DNA of 53,455 bases, filler included, from Sphacelaria rigidula (lineage: Eukaryota), in assembly GCA_964200075.2 (NCBI GenBank). It is 5 parts of 5 records of this genome, joined end to end, with 100 filler letters (N's around TTAATTAATTAA, not from the genome) between each part and the next. Parts side by side here need not be neighbours in the genome. Positions count along the whole stretch, not along the records: positions 1 to 10,612 come from CAXNAA020006200.1; positions 10,713 to 21,323 come from CAXNAA020006201.1; 3 more parts are not named here. One strand, written 5' to 3'. The position numbers were made by a program, and so were the translations under genes. Positions 1-11,409 of this stretch are shown here, piece by piece. The notes under the pieces were generated by a model, which was not told the origin of the DNA, searched no databases, and saw nothing but the letters and a program-made list of their open reading frames with translations. How positions within the stretch are numbered: the first letter of the stretch is position 1; each line of letters opens with the position of its first letter.

Positions 1-2954
1 CCGCTTCACCAGCTGAGCGCATTACTCCTCGAACTGTGGCGATGTCAAAATCGACGGGAAAGTCGATTGTTTCGCGTCTCACTCTGAATCTGAAACAACC
101 CTCTGAATCTCACGAATGTTGTGTTTCGGGTGTTATGTCAGGAGCGACGGCGGACCGCGAGACGTCAGGGATCCTGTTCATCGAAACAAAATCCTCGCGT
201 TCCTCGACAAATACGCAGAGACGTACGGGCAAAATATGTCGCACCAGAATGCTATATACCTCTACATGAGAAACAAACAGGTGGGTATATGTAGGTAGCG
301 CATGCACAGCCATTGTTTCGGTCGCGCTTTTGGACTGATATGTGTGGGGGTGGGTGGGTGGGGGGCTCTCGCGGCATCAATCACGGTAAACGGCGTCTTA
401 TCTTAGTTTCGTTTGTTTGTTTTTTGCCAACACATTTGAGGAAGCAATTGGTAAATATCGTTTCGATTTGTGTCTTTGTCGGGCTAGAGATACGGGCCTG
501 GAACACTTCGATCCCCGACGGTGTTCACAGTCTTCGATTCCACTTCAAATTACTGGACCATCGCCTACCCCTTAGCGCATCCAGCACGCGATTTCGGAAA
601 TTGAGCGCAGTTTTTATGGAGGAATAACGCTGGGAACTGCCACAAGCATCGAAATGTTTTCGAAGTAGAATTACAAATGCACTCTCCGGCCGTAATGTGT
701 GGCGTCGCTCATCACCGGGGAAAACGCCGGTCATTTGTAAAATCCCGTGTTTTTCAGGGGATTCTGTAATACAAAAGCAGTGTAAAATACAGGAAGGACC
801 GGAGGATTAACTTGTTCCGTGCAAGTACAGGATGTCGCAAATTGCAGACGGACTATTGTTCAGGAGGAGCCACGCCACACGGCACAATCGGAGAAGGCAG
901 ATTCCTTTTTGTATTGCGGAAATGTAGTGATGCTTCCGAAGGTTCCCAAGGTTCAACCACAGTAAAATGTCGATCCCCAATTTTCAAAATCGCGTGCTGT
1001 CTGATTCAGTTCAACAGTCGGATCCATCCCCCCTGCGAATTGCGTCGCAGAAAGAGGCAATGCGGTGGATGACGGTACAGATATACACGCCGGAGCCCAG
1101 GACGCAACGCATCGCGCTTGTGTGCTAGTTGTTTGGCTTCATGCGCACGCTGATGTTGCGCTACCAACTTCATGCGCGCACTCATTTTCCTAACCATATA
1201 GCGCAACTATCCGGCGTTGCGGACTCAATTTCCTGCACAGGATCCCTCGAAACACGCGACCAATTCACATCCCTAATGACAGGAAGTGTACGATGCGTTC
1301 GTGAAGGATATGCGTAGTACGGGAGGGGGAGTGGCCGCAAGTCTTGGCTATTTTTACACCACGATGCGCAAGGACCGACCCCACTACAAGGCCAAGGTCG
1401 GCGGCACGTTCATGAAGTGTAACGCGTGCACTCTGTACCATGACACCCTTAATGGGAATTCTGGTGTGAGTGTCACCGCTGACCCCGGCAAGATGGAGGA
1501 GGTCGCTCTGGAGCAGAAGGCGCACTTGCATGTGAGTCGTCTTCTCGTCGAAATCGTCAGCAACTCGTGATGTCACCGGAAAACGAGGATACACAATATG
1601 TGAGACTACACCACGAATAGCATCCAAAGAAGCCGCAGGTGTATCGAATCAGTTGAGGGGAGGATATTTCCCGACTATTATATTTCCTCAGCTCGCACCT
1701 GCAGCGCCCCGTCGATATCAAATGTTTCGACGCGAGTACGCATCGAAAATCTGTCGAGTAAACCTCCATCTCCCTATGCGACCTCGGCTCATTGCGTCAC
1801 GGTATCGCAAGTCGCGAGTGCCACTCCACTCAAGTTCCCCAGGTCCATGCGGTCGAGTAGCGTTTCCTAGTTACACGTTGTCTTGGCGAAAACCCTCTCC
1901 GCCCGAGCCGCGTATCAACAGCCGACCGGTTTTCTCATCATTTACCTAGCTTATTTTTAGTTCGTTATTTCGGATTGGTTTTATTTCTCGTGTGTATGTT
2001 GATCTGAATTTATTAGCTATGTTTGTGGTTTTTATATCTGTGGTTACTTCACGCCTCCTGAGCGGGTGTTTCTGTGCTGCCTTCAATCCCGAGTTCGTCC
2101 TCCATGGGACCACGGCTTCAGGCCTGTGGTTTGTCCCAATGGTAGATACAACGCTCGAGATATTCCTCATCAATCGTACGATGCGGACCTCCCCTCGACC
2201 GTTACAGTTGGTGAGTCTAGACCGTCAGCGCCTGGCTTTCATCAGTCAGGCTGCCATTCGAGCGAAGGCCGATCAGGAGCCGTTGAAGTTCGTGTCTCTA
2301 CAAGCCGATGCAGCAGCTCAAACGGTGTTCGCTCTACCTATGTGCTCTCCAGTGACGCACGGCACAGACAAGTGAGTACCGACGACACATGGCCTTGCAT
2401 TCGACAGCGTCTCCCTTTGGTTAGCGCCTCCAACACTCGCGTACACCCACGGTCATGGCGCCGGTGAATACTCGCACGCGCGTGCGTTGACGTCGATGTA
2501 GACTGTATCGTGTCTGATACGACTCCGCGGTTATGCACGATGCGCGATGTGGCGACTGACAGGGGGTATGCCGAACGCCAAACAATCATGGCAGTTCTCG
2601 TGGAGGGACAGTTCGTGGAGTTCTTCCTGGCACCTCAGACCGTCGGAGGCGGTGAATTCGAGTACGGTGCTCGTGTCATGCAGTCGCCGAATTATGCCGT
2701 GAGGCGATCGCCGGCATGAGTCGTTCGCATCTCGGTTTTCTTATAGCGTAGTATCGCCGCTCACCCACTTCGAAGTAAGTAACTGTTCGTCTGCCGTACT
2801 CTATTCGTTCGATACTTCTACCGCCGAGGCGCGTGGTTCGGTACAGCACACTGCTCCACAGTCTACCACAGCATTTCTTCCACAAACCTAATGAACATCG
2901 CACACTGTCCGTCCCGCCATCCCGCCATCACCTTGCCGCGTGCTTGTTTCGCAG

Positions 2955-3204
2955 GCAGCAATCGTATATGCACCTCCATTCACCGGGCACTGACGCGACT
3001 GTTCGACACGCACTGCAGCGCCGACACCCCAGCGTACATCGACGAACTATACGCCCAATTCGACAACTGCGTGGGCGAAAACAAGAACCACATCGTCTTA
3101 ACGTACCTGGGTTCTCTGGTTGCTCGAGGCATAATCGGACGGGTTGAGGTCAATTTCATGATGGTTGGACATACCCACATCATGATCGACCAGGTCTTCT
3201 CGAG
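2955..3204 (+). CDS. Catalytic-core exon of the Sola-like transposase
   Basis: CAG acceptor at 2952-2954, GT donor at 3205; encodes DNCVGENKN and GHTHxxIDQVFS. Confidence 0.85.
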
Positions 3205-5967
3205 GTGTGTACAAAGAAGTGTGCGTCGAAATTGAAGATCAGTATCGAGTTGAAAAAAATATCGTGATCAGAACAGTCGATCATGCGTACGGACGTCGAA
3301 GACCGAGAAGCCGATATTGGTCGATTCGAATCAAAATCTAGAATAGATAATCGATTGTTTACACCCTCTGGCCTGCTCGTGGCGGGGCTATTTTATTTTT
3401 ATTTTCGACTGTCGTGGAGTGCCCTCTTACGGTTTGGTTTGGGTTCTTATTTGATATTTGTGTGTTTGTTTCTCGAGAGGCTCAAAAGAAGCAATGAGAA
3501 CCCTTTTGCAAGGAACAGCAGGGACGGTATTGGAAAGACGAGCCCACGTCTGTGACCACGAGAGGTCGGGCTAGTGTGCGGAAATAGTAATAATGACGAC
3601 AATAATAATAATGATACTAATAATTTACATATTTCGCATAAATTATGGACAAAAGGTATGGAATGGTGATGCCGGCTACCTCAAATCCCCGTAATTTCTA
3701 CGGCTGCACTCATTCATCACTACTTCTAATCCCACAACCGGGGAGCAACACCGCACAACCGCACACCACACACAACACAACACCTCGCGGCGGACCAGTC
3801 TGTGCCTGGACACAGAGTGAAGGTTTACTAGAGTACTGTGCCTGGGGAGGTCTTACGGAGTTGCCAAGTGGACGAGAGACTCAAGTTTCTGCGATGTGTT
3901 TGGCGCCAACGCAGACAGTACGCACGTATGGTACACGCAGGGATGAGTTTTTGCGACAAGGCACCGAGAACACGTGCAATCCATATCGTATATGTTTTTC
4001 ACCGCATAAACTGCGGCTAGACTGTGTTATTGGGGGTGAACATGGGGGACCTCCGACAGCAATGCAATTTTTCGAAAAAAAAATGCGACTGGATCATTCG
4101 GCTGTGATGTATGGCCTCGCTCATCCCAGGGTTAGGCACCGACCCTAACCGTAACCCCAACCCCAATGAGATGGAGGGCTCCTACAAATTCACCCCTAAC
4201 GTGGGATCACTTAGTAAACCTTTGTAATTTACCGCGGTAATTGACCTTGGTAATTGGGCTGTGAATCGGCTGTAACTCCCAACCTAGGTAAAATTAATCT
4301 GGACCGAGACCGTGGTTAGGTTCATATTCGCAAAACCTCACTCTTCACTTTTTGAACGAAGTCTAAGTCATCAAATAGCAGAATATATGGACGAAATTCC
4401 AACCAGTTAAAAAATTCGAAATAAAATCCCATAGCACGTCCTGCAAATAATGCCGGTACGCGGGTGGTTTTTTCCGATGTCAAATTATGTACGGTATCAG
4501 TACGAGTCTCGCAGGGGTAAGGAGATATGATTGCACAGTACATGAGCGTCCACGCATATCTCGATGTCACGAGTTACTTTGGATATTGAAGGGTCAGTGT
4601 GTAGGTTGAAGTATGTCATTGGTGACCACTTTTGATACTTAGCTACGATTGTTTACCAGGATCGCCGTACACTGCAAGGGCTCTTGCCTGTTCACGAGAC
4701 AACAGCAGGCAGAGGCCTTCAGTTCTGCGTACACGAGCCTGCCCGTCTAGACCACCACTCTCCGCTCCTTGGGCAACTTCGAAGGGGCCCTGACAGACGG
4801 CGCTTGCGTGTTTCCCATCGTTGGCATAACGTCGCCGCGGTCATTCGAGATCCGGCCTGCGGGGCCAGCCCAGGTCAGCGTTGGTACGAAGCAGTATATA
4901 TATGCACAAGCCTGACTTCACCGGGATGACGGCTCCCGGTGTTTTCGAAGGCCCCCAACACTTACTTTTCCGAGCGGGTGTCCCAGATATGGAGTTAGCG
5001 CCTCCCTTCAACCTGAAGGTCGTCGATGCAATCGCGCGGGCATGCGTTCTGGCTCGCTACAATGCTGTGCACAGTCGCCTGGCGTCCCTCTACCCCCTAG
5101 GTGCGCGTACACCGGAGATTCCCCGTCTTTATATTGTGCCGCACAAACTATCCTCGTGTGGTCGCGCGTACACGGTTTTTGCAATCGCGTCCCACCTTGT
5201 TGCTATAATTGTTCCGCTTGACGTATCCCCGACTTCAGTAACCGGTGTTGATTTAGTCCTTGGTCGGTGGTCTCACGATGTGCTCGGACCCCAAGTCTGT
5301 ACCCGCTGTACGGCAGTATGCCAAAAGGGTGTAATCTTTTATAGGCTCGTTATTCTCTGTCCTCTCAAAAAATGGTGCTTAGAGGTGGAGCACACCCCTA
5401 ACGCAGGGTAGACAGCGGGGCCTCGGGTAACCAAAGTACCTAAGAGTACAATACAGGGATAGGGAAAGTGGGCTTTGTTTTGACTCAAAATGGCGTCTCT
5501 GCGTTACCCCGTGGTACCCAAGTTGCAGTTGAGAGCCTATTTGCAGAGGGTTCAGTACTGACAGTTTCATTTGCAGATAGGGCGGTCAGAGTGGACCTGT
5601 CGCCGTCTGTTCACATAGTCTTTTTTTCGCTTTTGTCGACTACGTGTGTGTACTTCTGCGCGCATCGTGTTACGGAAGAGGCAGGCCGCAAAGGCCGGCA
5701 ACCTCTATTCCAGTTTGGGTATTTATGTTTCTTCCTGCGTTATGTAGTTCTGAGTTTGTTACTAACCCTTTTTTTTAACGGTTTGTATGTGACTGTCCTT
5801 CACTTTTATCCAACGAGTGTTCCCGTTCCGGCTGTCGATAATGTTACCACTGCTCGATTGCTGGGGGATCATTTGCTGCGCGGCGATCAATGAATCAATC
5901 ATCTTGCCGAATCAAAACCACGAGGATGTCGCACACGGGCCACCCCTGATCCCATTTTGGCTGACGC

Positions 5968-6684
5968 GTGCTCGCAGATTTGGAGAGGCAAGAGACAATC
6001 AAAAACGAAATGACTACCTCCCACAGACTACTCGGCGCAAAGGGCTCCGTGCCTTGGAATCTTCTGTGCCATTGGCTGCGGCGCAACGACGTGCAGCCAG
6101 CCCAAGGGCCGGCAAAAGAGGACACGGGAACAGATGAATATAGTCCCGGCGATGGGTCGGGTAGGGAGCTGGACACTTCTGTTCATGACACGTCGGAGGG
6201 TGTCGTTCAGCACTCCGGGGTGTGTGGGCAGGGTGGGGCGGGCACCAGCGGTGGCGCCGTCCCTGGTGAGCAACCCGACATTCCCTCATTCGTTAAGGGA
6301 GACTTCGTTTTCTTCCTCGCCGACGAAGCCCCGTTTTTGGTGGGCAAGGTGATCGACGTACGGGAGACTGTCGGCAGTGAGGCCGACGTTCAGGTGCGCT
6401 GGTGGTCACCGGCGACCTCCAAAGCTCGCAGCGGCGCGGCTGATTGCAGCATCAGAGAATACGGGAAGGGTAAGCTCACCGAAGACTACAGAACCACAGA
6501 AAGTGGTGACGGGGCTGGGGTCGACACCACCAGCAGAAAGCGCAAGTTGACCCCGGACGTGGAGTGGATGGCATCAGATTTGGTCACGGCTTCATGTCGA
6601 AGACTCAATTCCGGAGCCAAGATTTCAAAGGGGGTGTTGGACGAAATCATTGTCGCAAAGTCACAACAAGAGAAGAGTAAATAA
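5968..6684 (+). CDS. Probable last exon of the transposase, with a C-terminal beta-barrel-like (Tudor/BAH-like) domain
   Basis: 238-aa ORF containing GDFVFFLADEAPFLVGKVIDV...VQVRWW and a basic RKRK motif; same strand, downstream of the core exons. Confidence 0.55.
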   Translation: MLADLERQETIKNEMTTSHRLLGAKGSVPWNLLCHWLRRNDVQPAQGPAKEDTGTDEYSPGDGSGRELDTSVHDTSEGVVQHSGVCGQGGAGTSGGAVPGEQPDIPSFVKGDFVFFLADEAPFLVGKVIDVRETVGSEADVQVRWWSPATSKARSGAADCSIREYGKGKLTEDYRTTESGDGAGVDTTSRKRKLTPDVEWMASDLVTASCRRLNSGAKISKGVLDEIIVAKSQQEKSK

Positions 6685-7789
6685 TTGTAAAGGACAGTGT
6701 TCTGGACGTCCAGTTTTGGTCAATGAAGTAGGGCAAGAGGTTCAGACGCCGCGCATAGTGGCTTCTGTGGACAATAACACCGTACCTTTGATCGACCGCA
6801 ATGCAGCACCGAGAGGATTGACCGTGGCGTGCGTCGCGCGCTCGTGACCGATACAGATGGAGACGACATTTCCGTCGGCTTGTAAGTTTGAACTCTTTTA
6901 AATTTCACACGACCCCTTGCTCGACCGTCCAAGTGGGGGCGAGTGAGCGTATGTAGGTTTAGGCAGAGTTGAGTGCAGCGCCATGGAAGAAGAGGGGAGT
7001 CTTGGTGAAGGGTGCCGGGTAAGACGGTTGCGATAGTAATCACCCTCTCATGATCTGTCGACAGGAATCATGTCTTACAACCGACTGGGGAACACCGAAA
7101 AGATATCACACCTGCGGATACGAGATTCCTGGGGTTGGGTTGGGGTAGGGAGTTTGGGAGTTTGTGGGGGGAGAGAAGGGAGGGGTTCATCGTCCTGTCG
7201 CGTTGAGCATGGTTTCACGGGGTCCCGGTTGATGAGAATAGACGGCGTCGACGCTTGTCGTTTGCAACCGATGGTATCACCGTGCGTGGAACACCTACCT
7301 GCTCGTGTTCTCGAATTCGATGGAAAACAAAGCACCATTCTGTGCACCAGAGGAAAGGGTTCGAAGGGGAGTATCCTAGTCGTTTCCGTGCCGGAATCTT
7401 GTGGCCTATCCACGTTGCGTTGAAACCGACTTTTTGATTCAGGGGGGGAAACACAAACCCGCAGCTGATCGATTCCAAGACACGAACATTACTCGTCTTA
7501 GTCGTGCCTGACGGACGCCCCCCCCCCCCGCCACCCTGTCGGGCATGATCGAGGGTTTGTTCCTCGTGCTGGCGCAGCCCGAGGGGAGGGGGGTTATCGC
7601 AGGACACGGGATCCGCGCGCTCCCACTTTTTTCCCTGTGGCGTAGAGTAACAAGAGTGCTCACCTGACTTACTTCTCTCCATTCCTCGACGTACTGAATA
7701 TGACGCATCACGGGTTCACCTCCATAGGTAACTTCTTCCGAATAAGAGCTTGTCCTCGGTACTTCTACTACAAAAAGTTCACAAGTCGG

Positions 7790-9300
7790 GTTGCCCACTT
7801 GAACCTCATCTCAAAGTTAAACCTCAATTGGCACAATTTGCTGTTTATGGTAAAGACCATTTCTTCACGACAACGCCTTAACCTCTGAGTGATGCTACGG
7901 TAGGGTTGCACTTTTTGAGCGAAAATGTTCCTCGGGGTGTTGCACGGATCATTTTGAGAATCGGTATTATTTTCACTTGGAAAAGACTGAAAATGATGCC
8001 GATTCACGAAACGACCCCTGTGTGCATCTCCATGTCCTCTCCCCGGAGATTTGGGTTGCACAGTAAGCCCCATATATTTGGGCTCCTACGAAAACGAGAC
8101 CCAGAAACAAAAAGTGAAACCCCTATCGTAGCATTGCTCCTCTACGAAAAAAAAAAAGGAAGGCCGATTTTGTTTTCATTCGGCACTCTTTCGTGGTTCT
8201 CCACACCAAAATTTGTCGCCATCCGTCAAATGCATCGATCGGGAGTTTCAGAGAGATTATAGTATTGGCGCTATCTCCCTTAGGTATAGGAATTACTAGA
8301 CATGGGTTTTAATCAACGAGAAAATATGAACCCAAACGTTTGAGCAGACGGGCACCTTGCCCTTGATAAGACGATTGATACGATATGCGGATCACGGCCC
8401 AACTCGTCTATGTCGATGAGATATTGCTTCTAGAGCTCAAATCCGTTTCTAGGCTGACCCAGCTCGTACAGCAGCAGTGTCGGCGGTTGGGCTCGGGATT
8501 GAGTCAGTCATATATCCCGCAACAATGCGGCTGACCGTCTTACGATATCCTCCGATCTACTCTAGCACGCCACTCAGGCCGCTTCTTACGACCTCGGCCA
8601 ACCCCGAGGCGGATTTGACGTTTGCAGGTCCATTCTCCCGCCAATATCTAGAGTTGGACCCTGAAATTTGGTATCTACAAGGAAAAAAGCATGAAAAAAA
8701 GATGACCCTGTACTTCCTTATTTTTCATGAGTTGAAGGTATTTTACTGATACCTAAAAACTGATTATTGCCTTGGACTGTTCGGAAAAACTATTCTGGCA
8801 CCGAGGTAACCGTTTTCATGTCCCATTCGTTGTGCGTACCAAATTTCAGGGTCCAACTCTAAATATTGGCGGGAGCATGGGCCTTCAAAAAATAGGGTCG
8901 GTCGAAATTTGGAAAAGTATTCCGAAGATCACGCACCGGCTGACGTTTGGTTTTCGTGTGTTGCGTGGGCGCTCTCCAAGGCAAAATCAGCAGAACAAAG
9001 CAGGTCAATTTTTCAACTATTGTTTTCACAGGTTTAGAGCGTTCTAGTATGGCGAAGACCATTTCTTCACGAGAACAACCTAACCTCTACGAAAAAAACT
9101 TGGAAAATAAAGGTCCACTTGTTTATTCATTCGTAACACTTTTGTGGTTCTCTGTGTCAAGTTTCAGATCACAATTCTAGAAATTGAGCCAAAACATCGA
9201 GATAAGGCCCAAGAGCAACGTTTGTTTCTCCCCAAAACTCCACTAAAAATACGAAAAAAAATGCAAAAATGAAGGTAGAAAGCTCTTTTGAGGTTTTTCC
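7790..9300. repeat. Composite non-autonomous repeat fragments shared with piece 2
   Basis: 8198-8474 matches rc 16487-16758; 8820-9220 matches rc 17020-17410; 7796-7856 matches rc 21232-21291. Internal ~38-bp inverted repeat 8637-8673 / 8837-8874. Confidence 0.75.
7887..8139. mobile_element. Sola-type MITE (GAG...CTC, 4-bp TSD CTCT)
   Basis: TIRs gagtgatgctacggtagggttgcac / gtgaaacccctatcgtagcattgctc, flanked by ctct on both sides; an empty paralogous site is at 9054-9098. Confidence 0.85.
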
Positions 9301-10612
9301 CATGCCTGAAGCCATCGGGACAGAGGGGGCAAGGATCAGAGGCAGATATTTTACGAACCCCGCAAAGCCCACCAGACTTTTCGAATCCCTCCAGAGATAT
9401 TTTTCGAACCCCATCTGCGGGGAACGGTGATGGGTTTGGGGAGCGCCTTATTCATTTGACTCGAGACGAAACAGTCAACACCCCATGAAAGTTCCAACTG
9501 TGTGTAGAGAGCACTGCGTGCCGACAATATTTTAAGCAAATCAGGCACTCCCAGCGGAGATCAAACCGTCTCCACAAAGGCCTGAAGACGCCACAGCGCA
9601 GCGACGCCTACAACACACAAGGCAGACCCTGCTGTACCGCTCAAGAGGGTCGGGGTAGGTTTTTTTCACGAACCACGTTTGTCGTCTCGAATGAGATACC
9701 GGAAGTCTGAAGGAAGCCGACTCGGAAGACAATCACAATAAGTTCAAATCAACGTTTAAGACTGTGCAAGCCCGCTCCAGCGAGCGTGCATTGAGCAACC
9801 GGAGCAAGGCTGGTTCCTCCTCACCTCCGTGAACTCTTCTGCATTCGCATCCGCTTGCTGTGACCTTCCACCTTGAGGGAACGACTGTAAGGTGTGATAT
9901 AGGCGGGGTGATATATATATATATATATGTAGGGAGAGGCGGGGTGGGTGATGTGCGGTTTTCATTTTCGTCTCGCGGAAGCACCTGCACTTGAGGTATC
10001 TTCAAGCTCTACTTTTTAGGGACGATGTGCAGGTACGCCACGGAACGAGCGGGTGTACCCGACTTCGCCTGTTCGCTGTTTATGTTTGCGAACGGGAAGG
10101 TCGCAGCAAGATACATGGTGTGACATGCACGACAACACGGACGAGACAAGCTGTTGTTGCAACTGTCTCGTGCATACTGTTGCCTTCAGTCCTCATCATG
10201 AGGAACATTGCCGAGGAACCTTGGTGATGCAACCTGGCCAAAAACAACCCATGTACGTAGGACGGTGTTGAAACAACATTTGCGCCGCGAAGTGTACACA
10301 ACAAAACTACAGGTTTGAACCCGAACTTGCATTGTCCATCCGTGATGAGTGTTTTGGCGTGTATATGCCCCTACGTCTGTGCAAATCATGAAGGGAGTTG
10401 CGATCGATGCTGTACATATGCCCGTATGCCTGCGACCAGTACTCAATAGCGCAACCTCAGATTTTTGTGCGCATCGTAGTACCGGCTTGCGCTGGTGATT
10501 GCTTCGACTCACGACTGGTGTCCGCCCCTCTGCCGCCAGTATCCCACTCGCCACTCTTCTTTCCATCCCACAGCCGATTTCATATTTTGGGGTTCATACA
10601 AAATATGGGGCT

Positions 10613-10712
10613 NNNNNNNNNNNNNNNNNNNNNNNNNNNNNNNNNNNNNNNNNNNNTTAATTAATTAANNNNNNNNNNNNNNNNNNNNNNNNNNNNNNNN
10701 NNNNNNNNNNNN
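10613..10712. other. Artificial concatenation spacer (N44-TTAATTAATTAA-N44)
   Basis: Identical 100-nt spacer with stops in all six frames; recurs every 10711 nt. Confidence 0.97.
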
Positions 10713-10770
10713 TGGTCTTGTCCGTGGTGTTGTGAGGTGGGGTGGGGGGGGGGGGGGGGGGGGGGGGGGG

Positions 10771-10838
10771 GGGCGTTCTCATGTGTTGCTTGCCTCAGTC
10801 GTTTGACCATTGACCACGTATCCCTTTCGAGACGGAGC
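10771..10838 (-). mobile_element. LINE 3'-end fragment beside a poly-G tract
   Basis: Closely similar to 44548-44615 (gttgcttgcct.agtcgtttgaccattgacca...ccctttcgagacggagc). Confidence 0.7.
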
Positions 10839-11409
10839 AGGGGGGGGAGGGGGGGTACTTGTTGACTGTGGTATTGATGTGAGCATTCAGAGACATGGGT
10901 AGCTTGACGACGCTCTATCCCACGACATGTGTACTGGTACTTGCGCGTTAGACCCACGAAACATCTCTGTGTCGAGCAACAACTGTTGAAATTTCTTCAT
11001 GTGATTCAAGCCCCCCGGTAAACGTTGATATTTCTGCTTGTGGCTCTCATGACCCAGTCACGGAAGATTGACGCCTGGGTATACATTCCGAAGTGATATT
11101 ATTCACCATCACCATTATTGTCGGTGTGTCTTGAATGTTGTTTTCTTACAATATTTGCATCTGCATTTCCGTGTTGATGTTCCACTTTACCTCAAGTTAG
11201 CACGTCATAAATTTGTGTTGTACAAAAACCCTTTTATTGGAAGCTCCTCGATCTTTACCGCACTCCATATACCACCGCTCCGTTATACCCCAGCTCAACA
11301 GCCACAATAACTGCACCAAAAACTGACAAAAACGAAAGAGGACACCACTCAACGAGGCAAAGTTAACAGAGCCACAAACACGAACGGCATCCAAGTTTTG
11401 GTTATTTAC

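Larger units (their letters stand above)
116..6684 (+). pseudogene. Multi-exon Sola-like (DUF7869-type) DDD transposase, disrupted; 5' end outside the window
   Basis: Phase-consistent GT-AG exons: <116-280, 1283-1531, 2208-2371, 2563-2651, 2955-3204, 4660-5100, plus ~5832-6684 (boundary uncertain). Motifs: MKCNAC...H, VSLQAD, LYAQFDNCVGENKN, FMMVGHTHIMIDQVFSR. In-frame TAG at 4748-4750 and a frameshift in the TATATAT run near 4895. Confidence 0.8.

Noticed and set aside
4024..4204. Second MITE with telomere-like hexamers in a transposase intron
   Set aside because: TIRs are very imperfect, there is no TSD, and it is single-copy here.
9985..10290. Possible KDZ/CxC transposase remnant on the minus strand (…CH…NINSEQA…)
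   Set aside because: Stops in frame and only a vague motif resemblance; not supportable without a profile search.
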